Assembly: GCA_951406725.2 (NCBI GenBank)
Contig: OX597840.1
Span: 15,004,001 to 15,068,000 of the forward strand
From: Octopus vulgaris
Lineage: Eukaryota
Reading direction: 5' to 3'
DNA: 64,000 bases
Part shown: piece after piece, positions 53,381-64,000 of the stretch
Position numbering within the stretch: the stretch's first letter is position 1
How the letters are laid out: the number at the start of each line of letters is the position of its first letter
Translations under genes and position numbers: made by a program
The notes under the pieces: model-generated
The model's input: only the letters and a program-made list of their open reading frames with translations
What the model was told of the DNA's origin: nothing
Database searches by the model: none

Positions 53381-54307
53381 TTATGTGTGTGTCTTTGTGT
53401 CTGTTTGCTCCCTCACCATTGCTTGACAACCGATGTTGGTGTGTTTACGTCCCATAAATTAGAGGTTCAGCAAAACAGATCGATAGCATAAATACTAGGC
53501 CTGTAAAGAATAAGTCCTGGGGTTAATTTCTTTGACTAAAAAAAATCCCTTCAAGGCGCTGCTCCAGCATGGCTGCAGTCAAATGACTGAAACGAGTTAA
53601 AGAGTATATAAATCATTGTAACATATCTTTATAATGTGTGAATCAGTGTGTGTGTATACACATATGTATTTTTATAGTGTGTATCTGTGTACACATATGT
53701 GAGTGTGTGTGTATGCATCTGTATAATGTCTGTGCTTGTAGCCAACACTTCCATCTCTTTTCATCCAATGTTACATTTTAAGTATCTGGTCTCATCTGAG
53801 CACTATTCTATCTCTACCATACACTTCTGGGGGCATATTCTTACCCATATTATATATACACACACACACATATACAGACAAGATCATTTCAATATATCTG
53901 CGTGTTTAAGTCCCATCTATGTACACACACAATATGTGTGTCTTTGAAGAAATGCATGAATATCACACATTCTCATTGGTTTCCTTGAACAGCATGTGGT
54001 CTGATGCCCAAATAGAAAATTTGATCAGCTTTCTCTCATGAGTAAAGAAAATATCCAAGAGTTGGCTGTTCTCTGAGAAGACATTGGTTGATCCAAGGAT
54101 AGATAACTCTTGGGATATAGATGGCACTAGGATTGGAAGGGAGAGCATCAGAGCAGTTCTTGTTCCAGGTCCACTAAGTGAATAGTCTTTCTATCATTAC
54201 ATAGTATATAATGCATATATACATACATGCATATATATATATATATATATAATTGTAGATACACACGTCATCATCATCATCATTTAGCATCTGGTTTCCA
54301 TGCTGGC

Positions 54308-54338
<31 letters not shown>

Positions 54339-54354
54339 TGTATGTATGTATGTA

Positions 54355-54386
<32 letters not shown>

Positions 54387-54457
54387 CACACACACGCACA
54401 CACACACTGAGATCTACATACAAATGTGTATATCTATAAATATACATAATACATATG

Positions 54458-54520
<63 letters not shown>

Positions 54521-54775
54521 ATAATTATCCCCTTCAGTTCTAGTACTATCACTGACCAGTTGTTAGGACTTCATATAATTACAGTTCACACCATTAGTAA
54601 CGTCCAGCAGCAAGGAGGTGTGAATTGACTCACATTTTCCACTCGAGGCTTTTTGTATGAACCACTAGGTCAGTACAGACTGATATTAAATAATAAATGT
54701 TCTTTTTTGTCATTCATTTGTGTGTGGTTGTATGCGCATATTTATATGTATGTATATTATATATGTGTGACTGTG

Positions 54776-54860
<85 letters not shown>

Positions 54861-54928
54861 AAAAGTAGATACACACGTCATCATCATCATCATTTAGCAT
54901 CAGGTTTCCATGCTGCCATATATATGTA

Positions 54929-54988
<60 letters not shown>

Positions 54989-56284
54989 TACATATATGTG
55001 TATATATATATGTATGTATGTGTGTATGTAAATACACACAGACATATATAAGTATGTGTGTGTGTGTATGTTAAGGATTGTTGTAACACACCGTACAGTG
55101 TGTGAAATAATTAATTCTGTATGAGAATATATTATACTTCAGCATTCCTCCAGAAAGGATATGTTCTAACCAGCTGAAAATCTCAATTCTTTAGTTTTGG
55201 GAAACTTATGGTTGTATTTCTGAAAGTATTTTAGAAGCACTCTAACAACACCATTTCATATCTGGAATTAGCGCCTGCCAATATTCTACAGAGATATTCT
55301 CTTCTTGTATTCTATAGCATGGTATCTGATATTGTTTATTTCCATGAGTGTAAACCTAATTTTATTTTCAATCAATATTTTAACACCTTTTCTCTTCTGG
55401 ATCTGATTAAAATAATTTTAATCATCTAACTAATATTTGCCTCACCTTGATTCATAATAATTAGTATGAAATGAATTAATTAGATAAATTTCTTATTTGT
55501 GAAATTAATTATGATGTAATTAACTAGAATGAAAGATTTCTTTCTATGTGGGTAGCAGCCCTCTTCAGACATCACAATGATTATTAATATTTTATGCACT
55601 TAGGGCAGTGAGCTGGCAGAATCATTAGCATGCCGGGCGAAATACTTAGCGGTATTTCGGCTGCTGTTATGTTCTGAGTTCAAATTCCACCAAGGTCGAC
55701 TTTGCCTTTCATCCTTATGCAGTCTATTTAATAAGTACCAGTTATTCACTGGAGTCTATGTAATAGACTTAATCCCTTTGTCTGTCCTTGTTTGTCTCAT
55801 CTATGTTTAGCCCCCTGTGGGCAATATAGAAATAAATATTTTATACACTTAAATTGTTGCATATAAATACAGTGAGGGTCTTGTATCTAATTTGGCAACT
55901 ACATAGAAAGGCTTTGCCTTGCTGACGAGGTTAAATAATATTGGAACATGACCCAAGTTTTGCCCCTACTTTCTCAGATAAGATTAAATTAATGATAGTT
56001 TCAAATTTTGACACAAGGCTAGCATTTTCGGGGGAAGGTGTAAGATAATTACACTGACCCCTAATGATCAACTGGGATTTATTTTATTGACTCCAGAAGG
56101 ATGAAGGACAAAGTCAACCTTGGTGACATTTGAATTCAGAATGTAAAGATGGACAAAATACCACAAAGCATTTTGTATGGCATGATTACAATTCTGCCAG
56201 CTTGCCACCCTAATTATTAACTCTTATTCTCATGTACAGTTCTCTATGTTTTAGCTCCTGGTTCAGAGAAAGCCATATCACGTT

Positions 56285-56416
56285 GCTTACAGCCATATCA
56301 CATTGAAAGCACTGGTTCTCATCTGATCACCGAAGTTAAGCAGCGTCAAGCCTATTTAGTACTTAGATGAGTGACCACTTGGGAAACCTAAGTGCTGTGA
56401 GCGAAAAAAAAAAAAA
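56285..56416 (+). pseudogene. 5S rRNA retropseudogene with poly(A)
   Basis: gcttacagccatatcacattgaaagcactggttctcatctgatcaccgaagttaagc...tagtacttagatgagtgaccacttgggaaacctaagtgctgtgagc is a full-length 5S with CpG-type substitutions. It is followed by A13 and lacks an oligo-T terminator. Confidence 0.92.
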
Positions 56417-58328
56417 GTAATGCAGCAAGCTGGCAGAAACGTTAGCAGACTGAGCAAAATGCCTAGCAGTATTTTGTCTGCCGTTACGTTCTGAGATCTA
56501 ATTCCACCGAGGTTGACTTTGCTTTTCATCCTTTTGGGGTTGATAAATTCAGTACCAGTTACGCACTGGGGTCAATGTAATCAACTTAATCTCTTTGTCT
56601 GTCCTCATTTGTACCCTCTATGTTTAGCCCCTTGTGGGCAATAAAGAAATAAGAAGGATTTGGCAAAAGAGAAGACTAAAAACAGGTTGTTATGTTTAGA
56701 ATGTAATAACTTTTACAAAGTCTTCTCTGCACATCTGTGACCTTGAAATGTTACAGGCTGTAACAAACTCTAATGACCCTCCTCTATACATACGTATGAA
56801 TGTAGCAGGTAGCAGCTAACCTTTGGGCACTATTTTGGACCCTGTTGTGTCTACCACTCTGATTGGTTGGTATCAACACAATTTGTCTCTTACTCTATTG
56901 CATGCCAATATGCAACCCAACCAATTGCAGCCTCCAAATAAATCACATGAGACAGTCAGTTCTAAACTACATTTGACCCTACCATTAGGTATAAAAACTC
57001 ATCTCTTCCTAGTCTCAGAGTCTGTTGGTTCCAGGCTTTCTAAGGTCTAACCACTGACCACATTACAGTGGCCTCCATCTTCGTCGTCACCATCATGTCT
57101 CTCGCCAACGTCATCAACTACATCTCTACACAGCACTGACACACTGCACAGGTTCTAACATATCGCTGTTTGTGAGCTTCCTCCCCAGAGTTAACAGCAA
57201 ACATACAATCCATTCAGATGCATGTAGATATAGGAATGAATGTCCATCAACCACTTCCATTTATCATTCAGCTTGTGTATATATATGTGTGTGGCTGGCA
57301 TTAAAGACATTAAAAGTTCCCACCTTCTTCCATGTATTTCTTCTTGCCGTGTTCCTGTCAGATGATATTATAGCCTTCTGAGTAGAGTCACATTACATGG
57401 CTCAACAACCTATCCTTCTAAAAGGCCATATCCTGTGCAACCTGCTCAAGCACCTAGTGATGAGGCACGTTTCCAAGCAGTTCATGAATGAGTATCTACC
57501 ACGGATTGGAGCGGTTTATGACACTAAGAGTTCATACGTGGAATTAAAACAGCAAGCTACACAATGGAGAATCGTTAACATGCTAAGTGGCACTTTGGCC
57601 ATCTCTATATTCTGAATTCAGATTCCACCGAGGTTGACTTTGCCTTTCGTCCTTTCAGGGGTCAATAACATAAGTACCAGTTGACACTGGGGTCAATTTA
57701 ATCATCTTTGACCCTCCCCAAATCTTCTGGCCTTGTTACCACAATTTCGAACCAATATTATATAAAATTATATTAAATGAATATTAGCCATTAACTTAAT
57801 GTCTTATATTTACCTCTTTATTGCATATGTATTATTAATTAATTAAAGTTTTTCCTAATTAGATTAAATACCATATGTAAGATGGCAAGCTGGTAGAGTT
57901 GTTAGCATGCTGGACAAAAAGCTTAGCGGCATTTGGTCTGTCTTTACATTCTGAGTCCAAAGGCTTTTGTGGTCAGTTTTGCTTTCCATTCTTTTTGGGG
58001 GTCAATAAAATAAGTAACAGTTAAGCACTGGGTTTGAAATAATTCGTTAGCAAATCTGCCCTCCCCTCCCAAATTTCAGGCCATACGCCTATAGTAGAAA
58101 GGATTGTTATTATTGGTGGTGGTGGTGGTGGTGGAGGAGGATGTTTTACTTCTGGCCCTCATTATTGAGTTCCAAGTCTACAACGGACATTGGGGATTCC
58201 CATTTCTCTGGTCTCTTCAGTCATACATAAAGGCCACCACTCCTGTACAAATGTACCTTCATCTTGTGTAAATGTATATATATATGTGTGTGTGTGTGTA
58301 TGTATATATATATATATGTGTGTATGTG

Positions 58329-58363
<35 letters not shown>

Positions 58364-58406
58364 ATGTATATATGTGTGTGTGTGTATATATATACATACA
58401 TATATA

Positions 58407-58624
58407 TGACAGGGTGTTGTAAAGTTCCTGACTTTGGGTAACAGAAAATAAAGGAAGATCAGTTGATTATGATTTTATTCAACATATCCCCCTCTCAGAT
58501 TCACACACTTATCACAGCAGTCCTTCAGTTTTTCTAAGCCATGGAAAAGAACTTGGAAGGTTGAGCCTCCAACCAAGCCTTTCACGATATCCTTAAAGAC
58601 AAGAAGTTTTCACCACCCACTCAT
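58407..58624. mobile_element. Mariner-derived MITE
   Basis: Homologous to 52646-52853. Minus strand reads KCVNLRGGYVE*. TA-flanked. Confidence 0.7.
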
Positions 58625-58654
58625 ATGTATGTGCATGTGTATACATATATATCG

Positions 58655-58698
<44 letters not shown>

Positions 58699-58750
58699 TC
58701 AGAATATTAATCTGTCTGGCCCATCGTAATCACTGCAATTCAATGCTCTT

Positions 58751-58810
58751 TTAATCTGCTACAATCCTCATTAATCTCTTTTAATCCTCTTTAATCTGAT
58801 TTAATCCCCT
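58751..58810 (+). repeat. 10-bp-period tandem repeat of TTAATCYNNN
   Basis: ttaatctgct acaatcctca ttaatctctt ttaatcctct ttaatctgat ttaatcccct. Confidence 0.85.
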
Positions 58811-59701
58811 TTACTATCAACCCAAGCATATAATTAATGAATTCATATTTAAATTGTAAAATTTCAAACAAAATTTCTACGCCATGTGAATGAGACGTCA
58901 GTATATCAACATTAAATCCCTTTTTAGCTGCCAACCCATCTGTGACCACCTCTGCTTTCTATCACATGAATCTCACTTAGTTAAAATTTTTATATTTAAT
59001 TTAGATTCATTTTATCTTGTTTTTATTTATCGGAGGATTGTTTTATTTATATTTTACTAACTTAACATTCCAAATACCGTATTAATAATGACAAAGATAA
59101 TTATTTATTTAAACCCTGTTCCATTCGAATCCACCCGCCCACCCACCCGTATACCCAATTATTGATCATTTTCAAAATCAATGGAACCTGTAGATGCTCT
59201 GTATCAAATATCTAACAACATTTTAACATCCACTTTTATTTATATGCTTACAAGATTCAAATGGAACTTGTATATATACATGCATGTGTACATATGTACA
59301 TACATTCATACAACCACACGTACATACATGCATACACACATACATACGTACATTCACAAATACATATGTACATTCATACATACATGCATACATTGATACA
59401 CATGTACATATGTACATACATTCATGCATGCATACATGCGTACATTTATACATACATATGAACATTACATACATTCATACCTACACATACATACATTCAT
59501 ACATACACACACATACATTCATACATACAAACATTCATACATACATATATACATACACATAAACATACACACATATATATATATATACACACACATACAT
59601 ACATACATGCATACATACATTCATGCATGCATACATACACACACATACACACATACACACACACACACATGCACATACATACATACATTCACACATACAT
59701 A

Positions 59702-60168
59702 CTCTTTTAGTTTTTTGCTTGTTTCTCTCTTTTGACTGCCGCCATGCTGGAGCATCACCTCAAAGAGTTTTAGTCAAAGAGATCAACCCCAGGACTTATG
59801 CTTTGTAACTCTAATATCAAGCCCTTTTACCGAACTACTAAGTTATGGGGACATAAACATACTAACATAGGTTGTTTGGCAAAAGTGGGGGACAAACACA
59901 GGCACAAAGACATATACACATAAATATATACATATATATATATATATATGTATGTATGTGTATGTGGTATGTATATATGTATATATATATATATACACAC
60001 ACATATGATGGGCTTCTTTCAGTTTCCATCTACCAAATTCACTCTCAAAGCTTTGGTCAGTCCGAGGCTATAATAGAAGATACTTGCCCAAGGCATCACA
60101 CGATAGGACTGAACCTGGAACCATGAGGTTGGAAAGCAAGCTTCTTACCACACAGCCATGCCTGTGCC
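59702..60168 (-). mobile_element. SINE family A
   Basis: Reverse-complement match. Further fragments lie at 11760-12490, 21080-21340, 28496-28652, 52915-53100, 53390-53605 and 60695-60900. Confidence 0.8.
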
Positions 60169-60497
60169 TATATGTGTGTGTGTGTGGTATGTTATGTGAA
60201 TTTATGGAGAAGAGAAGATGTTAAAATTTGAAAGAATTTCAATACATGCATACAATCGTATCAAACAGTGATATCAAAACATGCAAATTCATGGTAGAAT
60301 AATTTGATTCATTTGATTAAATTAAATTAATTATATATCACTATTCTCCTCAGTACAAGAAGTATAAACAGAAAATTATTATTAAAGAGGACTTGAAACA
60401 GGAAATGGTAGAGAATAATTTCGGATATCCATATCCTTATGAAAATTATGAGCAATATAATAAAAGATGTGAGTCTAGTTATGTATAAACATAATAC

Positions 60498-60531
<34 letters not shown>

Positions 60532-60960
60532 GTATGTTATTTACATCATATATATTGTTTCTGTCCCATGGGTAGCCTTTGAATTCTTCTATCGAAGGGT
60601 TTTTTTTTTTAACTCCCTATGTACACAGTTTCATCTGCAAAGAGTTTCATCATTGAAAATAAATCTTTAAAAATCTTTTTAACACTGATCTTTCTCTAGT
60701 TTCAGTCATTAGATCGTGGTCATGCTGGAGCATGATCTTGGAGATTCCTTTTAGTCAAATGAATTCACCCCAGTACTTGTTTTTTTTTTATATGTCTCGT
60801 ACTCATTTCATTGGCCTCTTTAGCTAAACTGCTAAGCTACAAGAATGTAAACAGACCAACACTGGTTGTCAAGCAGTAGTAAGGGACAAGCACAAACAAC
60901 AAGGCACACACACATAGATATATACATATATACTTACACACACATGTATATATATATATA

Positions 60961-60990
<30 letters not shown>

Positions 60991-60991
<1 letters not shown>

Positions 60992-61236
60992 CGGAAGGTT
61001 TGGAGATGATGTACAGGTATTATATATTAGAAAAATTGAGGTAATCAGATCAGATGGTTCATATTTGTAGATATTTATTTATATATTACATTTTTTACAT
61101 ATATATCATATCATTCGGATTAGCGCTTGCTCCCATTCTAGTGGGTTTTCAAATCAAATCAGTTGTGGGTAGTTTGAACCTTTTTATAGTTTCGTAGTAG
61201 TGGGTGAGGAGGAAGTGAGACAGAGAGAAAATATGT

Positions 61237-61279
<43 letters not shown>

Positions 61280-61507
61280 CGTGTGTGTGTGTGTGTGTGT
61301 GCGCATTTATATCTGAGAGTGAAGAAGTGTTATTTGGTCTGCTGGACCCCCTGTGGTTTTATAAGAACTTTGGCTGTCCATTTCAATGTCACTGAGTGTG
61401 TGTTGTGCATAGGTTGGCCTGGCAAATGTCATTTGGGGTCACACTTTCTATGATCATTCTGTGGAGGTGTGTGTGTGTGTGTGTGTGTCTCTGTGTGTCT
61501 GTGTGTG

Positions 61508-61547
<40 letters not shown>

Positions 61548-63633
61548 TGTGTGTGTCTGTGTGTTTGGAGAAGGGGAGAGAGACAAAAAGAGAAAAGGGA
61601 AAATAAAAATAATAATAATAAAAATAAAAAATTAAAAAAAAAAAATAAATAAATAAAATAAAAATAAAAAAAAAAAATAAAATAAAAAAATATAAAGAAT
61701 AAATAAAAATATAAAGAATAAAAAATAAAAAAATAAAAATAAAAATAAAAATAAAAATAAGGGAGGAAGTGGAGAAGAAAAAATATTTTTGTGTGTTGAT
61801 ATTTATACCAACACATATATATACACACACACAGACTTATACATAAAATATTTGAAAAAACCTTTTTATCGGTTCAAAATGAACAACCAAATTATACCAT
61901 CTTGAAAGTTGTATGTCATAGGAAAGTTAAAATTAAAGTGACAATTAAAGGGTAAAGATGGAAGTGAATTATAAAGATAATAATATAATATGATGTATAT
62001 AACAGGCAATACACACATCTACACACACACAGATTTTTCCTTCAATGTATGTTGAGTAAAGTTTCAGCCATTTAATTTGGGGGAGAACTTAGCTATGAAA
62101 TGTTTTTCCATATTCCTCCTGAAGGGGGTGTCATTCTTCGGACACTTGTAGAAGGGAAATATCTTAAATTTTCCTTCTCCACATGTAGCTAGGTGTGTGC
62201 TTAGTGGTATTTTGCGTAGTTCTTCCTGCCGAATATGTTGTCGGTGGATCCTGGCTCGCTGGCACAAAGAATTACCAGTTTCTCCTACGTAATTCTCCTT
62301 GCATGTGGGGCAGGTTATGCAGTATATGACGTTCTGCGTCTTGCAGTTCATATCTGCATTTACTTTGAATATGACACCATTTTTAAATCTTATCTCTCTG
62401 TTGCTCTCTATGTATTTGTAGGTGGGGTTGCTGCAGGTCCCACATCTACCATCTCCGCACTCTTTTGCAAAGAATTCCGTTTTAGTTTCTGAAGAGAATT
62501 TCGCTCTTGTTAGGTGTTTTTTTAGGTTTTTGTCCTGTCGTCTACTGTTTTTTATGCTATATTTGTTTAATATGTTTTTCATTTTGGGGCTCTGTAAGGC
62601 TATTGGTAGGTTTGAATGTATGGTTTGGAAGATGTTGGTAACTCCAGGGTTGTGTGTGTTTATAAAAGGGATAGTGTTTTCTTTGTTTTTTGTTTTGGGT
62701 GTCCTGAGTTGTGTGATGTCTAGTTTTAATGCTCTTGTGATTCCATTTTCTATTAGTTTAAGGGGGTATTTTTGCTCTAGGAGGAAGCTTTTGAGTTCAT
62801 CTAGTCTTATTAATCGTATTTGTGAATCAGTTACTATGCTACATATTCGTCGTGCCATACTATATGGGATGTTTCTTTTTGTGTGGGATGGGTGGCAGGA
62901 GTGGAAATTTAAGTATTGATGTGTGTCAGTTTTTTTGTAGTGGATGTCTGTTGTGACGATGGAGTTGTGTATTTTGATGTTGATGTCTAGGAAGGGAAGT
63001 TCGTTGTTGCTGGTATCTATTGTGAAATTGATAGATGGGTGCAGCGTATTGAGGATGTTGTGGAATGTTTGTAGGTCCTCTTCTGATCTGTTCCAAAAGA
63101 TGAAACAGTCATCGAGGTAGCGTTTCCACTTTTTCTTGATGTCTTCTCTGAAGTCGTGTTCGAAGACTTTCCCTATTTCGTCATATAGTTTTTTCTCCAG
63201 GAAGCCCATCACTAGGTTGGCATATGAAGGTGCGAATTTTGTACCCATAGCCGTGCCTTTTATCTGTCGGTATGTCTTGTTGTTGAATGAGAATGTGTTT
63301 TCTTCTAGTATTAGTTGGGTGGCTTGGGTGATTAAGTTTGTCTTGAAGCGTTCATCTATAAGTTCTCTGTATTTTTCTATTGATTGTTTTATAGCTTCTA
63401 GACCTAGGGTGTGTGGTATGTTTGTGTATAGATTTGTGACATCAAAGCTTGCAAGTATGGTGTTTTTCGGGACTGTATTTGGAATGTGTGTGAGGAAGTC
63501 TATGTCATCCCTTATGTAGCTTGGAATCTGTGGGCATAGAGGTTTGAGGAGTATATCTATGAAGTGGCTTAGTTGTTGTGTTGGTGCCTGGGGTCCTGCC
63601 ACTATTGGTCTCATCGTGAGGTCTGCAGGTCTT

Positions 63634-63635
<2 letters not shown>
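60991..63635 (-). mobile_element. 5'-truncated Penelope-like element (probably Neptune clade) in (TA)n
   Basis: RT plus C-terminal GIY-YIG ORF. Homology stops at the (TA)n at about 63636. The 3' boundary is inferred from the next long (TA)n and is uncertain. Confidence 0.8.
62064..63635 (-). CDS. Penelope-like RT-GIY-YIG polyprotein, N-terminally truncated but uninterrupted for about 520 codons
   Basis: Motifs RPIVAG, SFDVTNLYTNIP, QIKGTAMGTKFAPSYANL, WKRYLDDCF, LPFLDI, YLNFHSCHP; Cys linker CGDGRCGTC; GIY-YIG VIYCITCPTCKENYVGETG...R..H. The first ~60 aa of the tracked ORF (63636-63821) are flanking repeat, not element. Confidence 0.92.
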
Positions 63636-63675
<40 letters not shown>

Positions 63676-63834
63676 TATATATACATATATATCCAACCCA
63701 TGGCAGCATGAACGATGGGCATTAAATGATGATGATGATGATATACATATATATGACTGGCTTCTTTCAGTTTCCATCTACCAAATCCACTAACAAGCCC
63801 AAAAGTCACACATGAGAACATGACATTATATTAC

Positions 63835-64000
63835 ATTGTTATTTTTATAATGTGCTTTCACTGCACTACTGAGCGCAGCTCTGTGTGCTGTGGTTTGTTG
63901 TGATGCTCTTTTTTTAACTGTATTGAAAGTGTTTTACATAAGATGTGTTCGGTGTCTAGTAGTGCTATTTTCTGTATGTTATATACACTTGTTAGTCCTG
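63835..64000 (-). mobile_element. R4/Dong-like 3' end, same family as 43080-43390, runs off the window
   Basis: Aligns by eye with 43100-43265 (tgctttcactgcactac...ctagtagtgctattttc...atacacttgt). Confidence 0.75.

Noticed and set aside
811-61830. Numerous [12 protein letters not shown]/poly-I/poly-N ORFs in the track
   Set aside because: These are translations of di- and trinucleotide microsatellites.
62064-63635. Naiad/Chlamys-type or selenoprotein-encoding PLE
   Set aside because: The endonuclease is C-terminal and there is no in-frame TGA.
63636-63821. N-terminus of the 585-aa ORF as a real start
   Set aside because: It is read-through across SINE, RTE-tail and (TA)n sequence; PLE homology begins near 63635.

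Overview
AT-rich, repeat-dense eukaryotic DNA. The SINE, LINE and microsatellite families look like a coleoid cephalopod, probably Octopus; this is from memory, not a search. I could not confidently identify a host protein-coding exon, so the window is probably intronic or intergenic, and nearly all short ORFs in the track are microsatellite translations. Coding remnants are all mobile-element derived: (1) a 5'-truncated RTE-clade LINE (7520-10085, -) with a C4HC3 PHD-type finger inserted inside its RT, plus shorter copies; (2) a 5'-truncated Penelope-like element with RT and C-terminal GIY-YIG (about 60991-63635, -); (3) R4/Dong endonuclease fragments; (4) decayed maT-type Tc1/mariner copies. 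Also present are mariner, Tigger, piggyBac and hAT MITEs, a Helentron-associated element, several tRNA-derived SINE families and a polyadenylated 5S rRNA retrocopy. The most interesting signals are a set of type I hammerhead ribozyme motifs in microsatellite-flanked, often palindromic non-coding modules (two with intact cores, one downstream of a tRNA-derived Pol III head, several with recurrent variant cores), and a textbook recursive splice site (AG|GTAAGT) with a downstream poison RS-exon at 17.8 kb. Repeat boundaries were read by eye and are approximate (about 10-20 nt).
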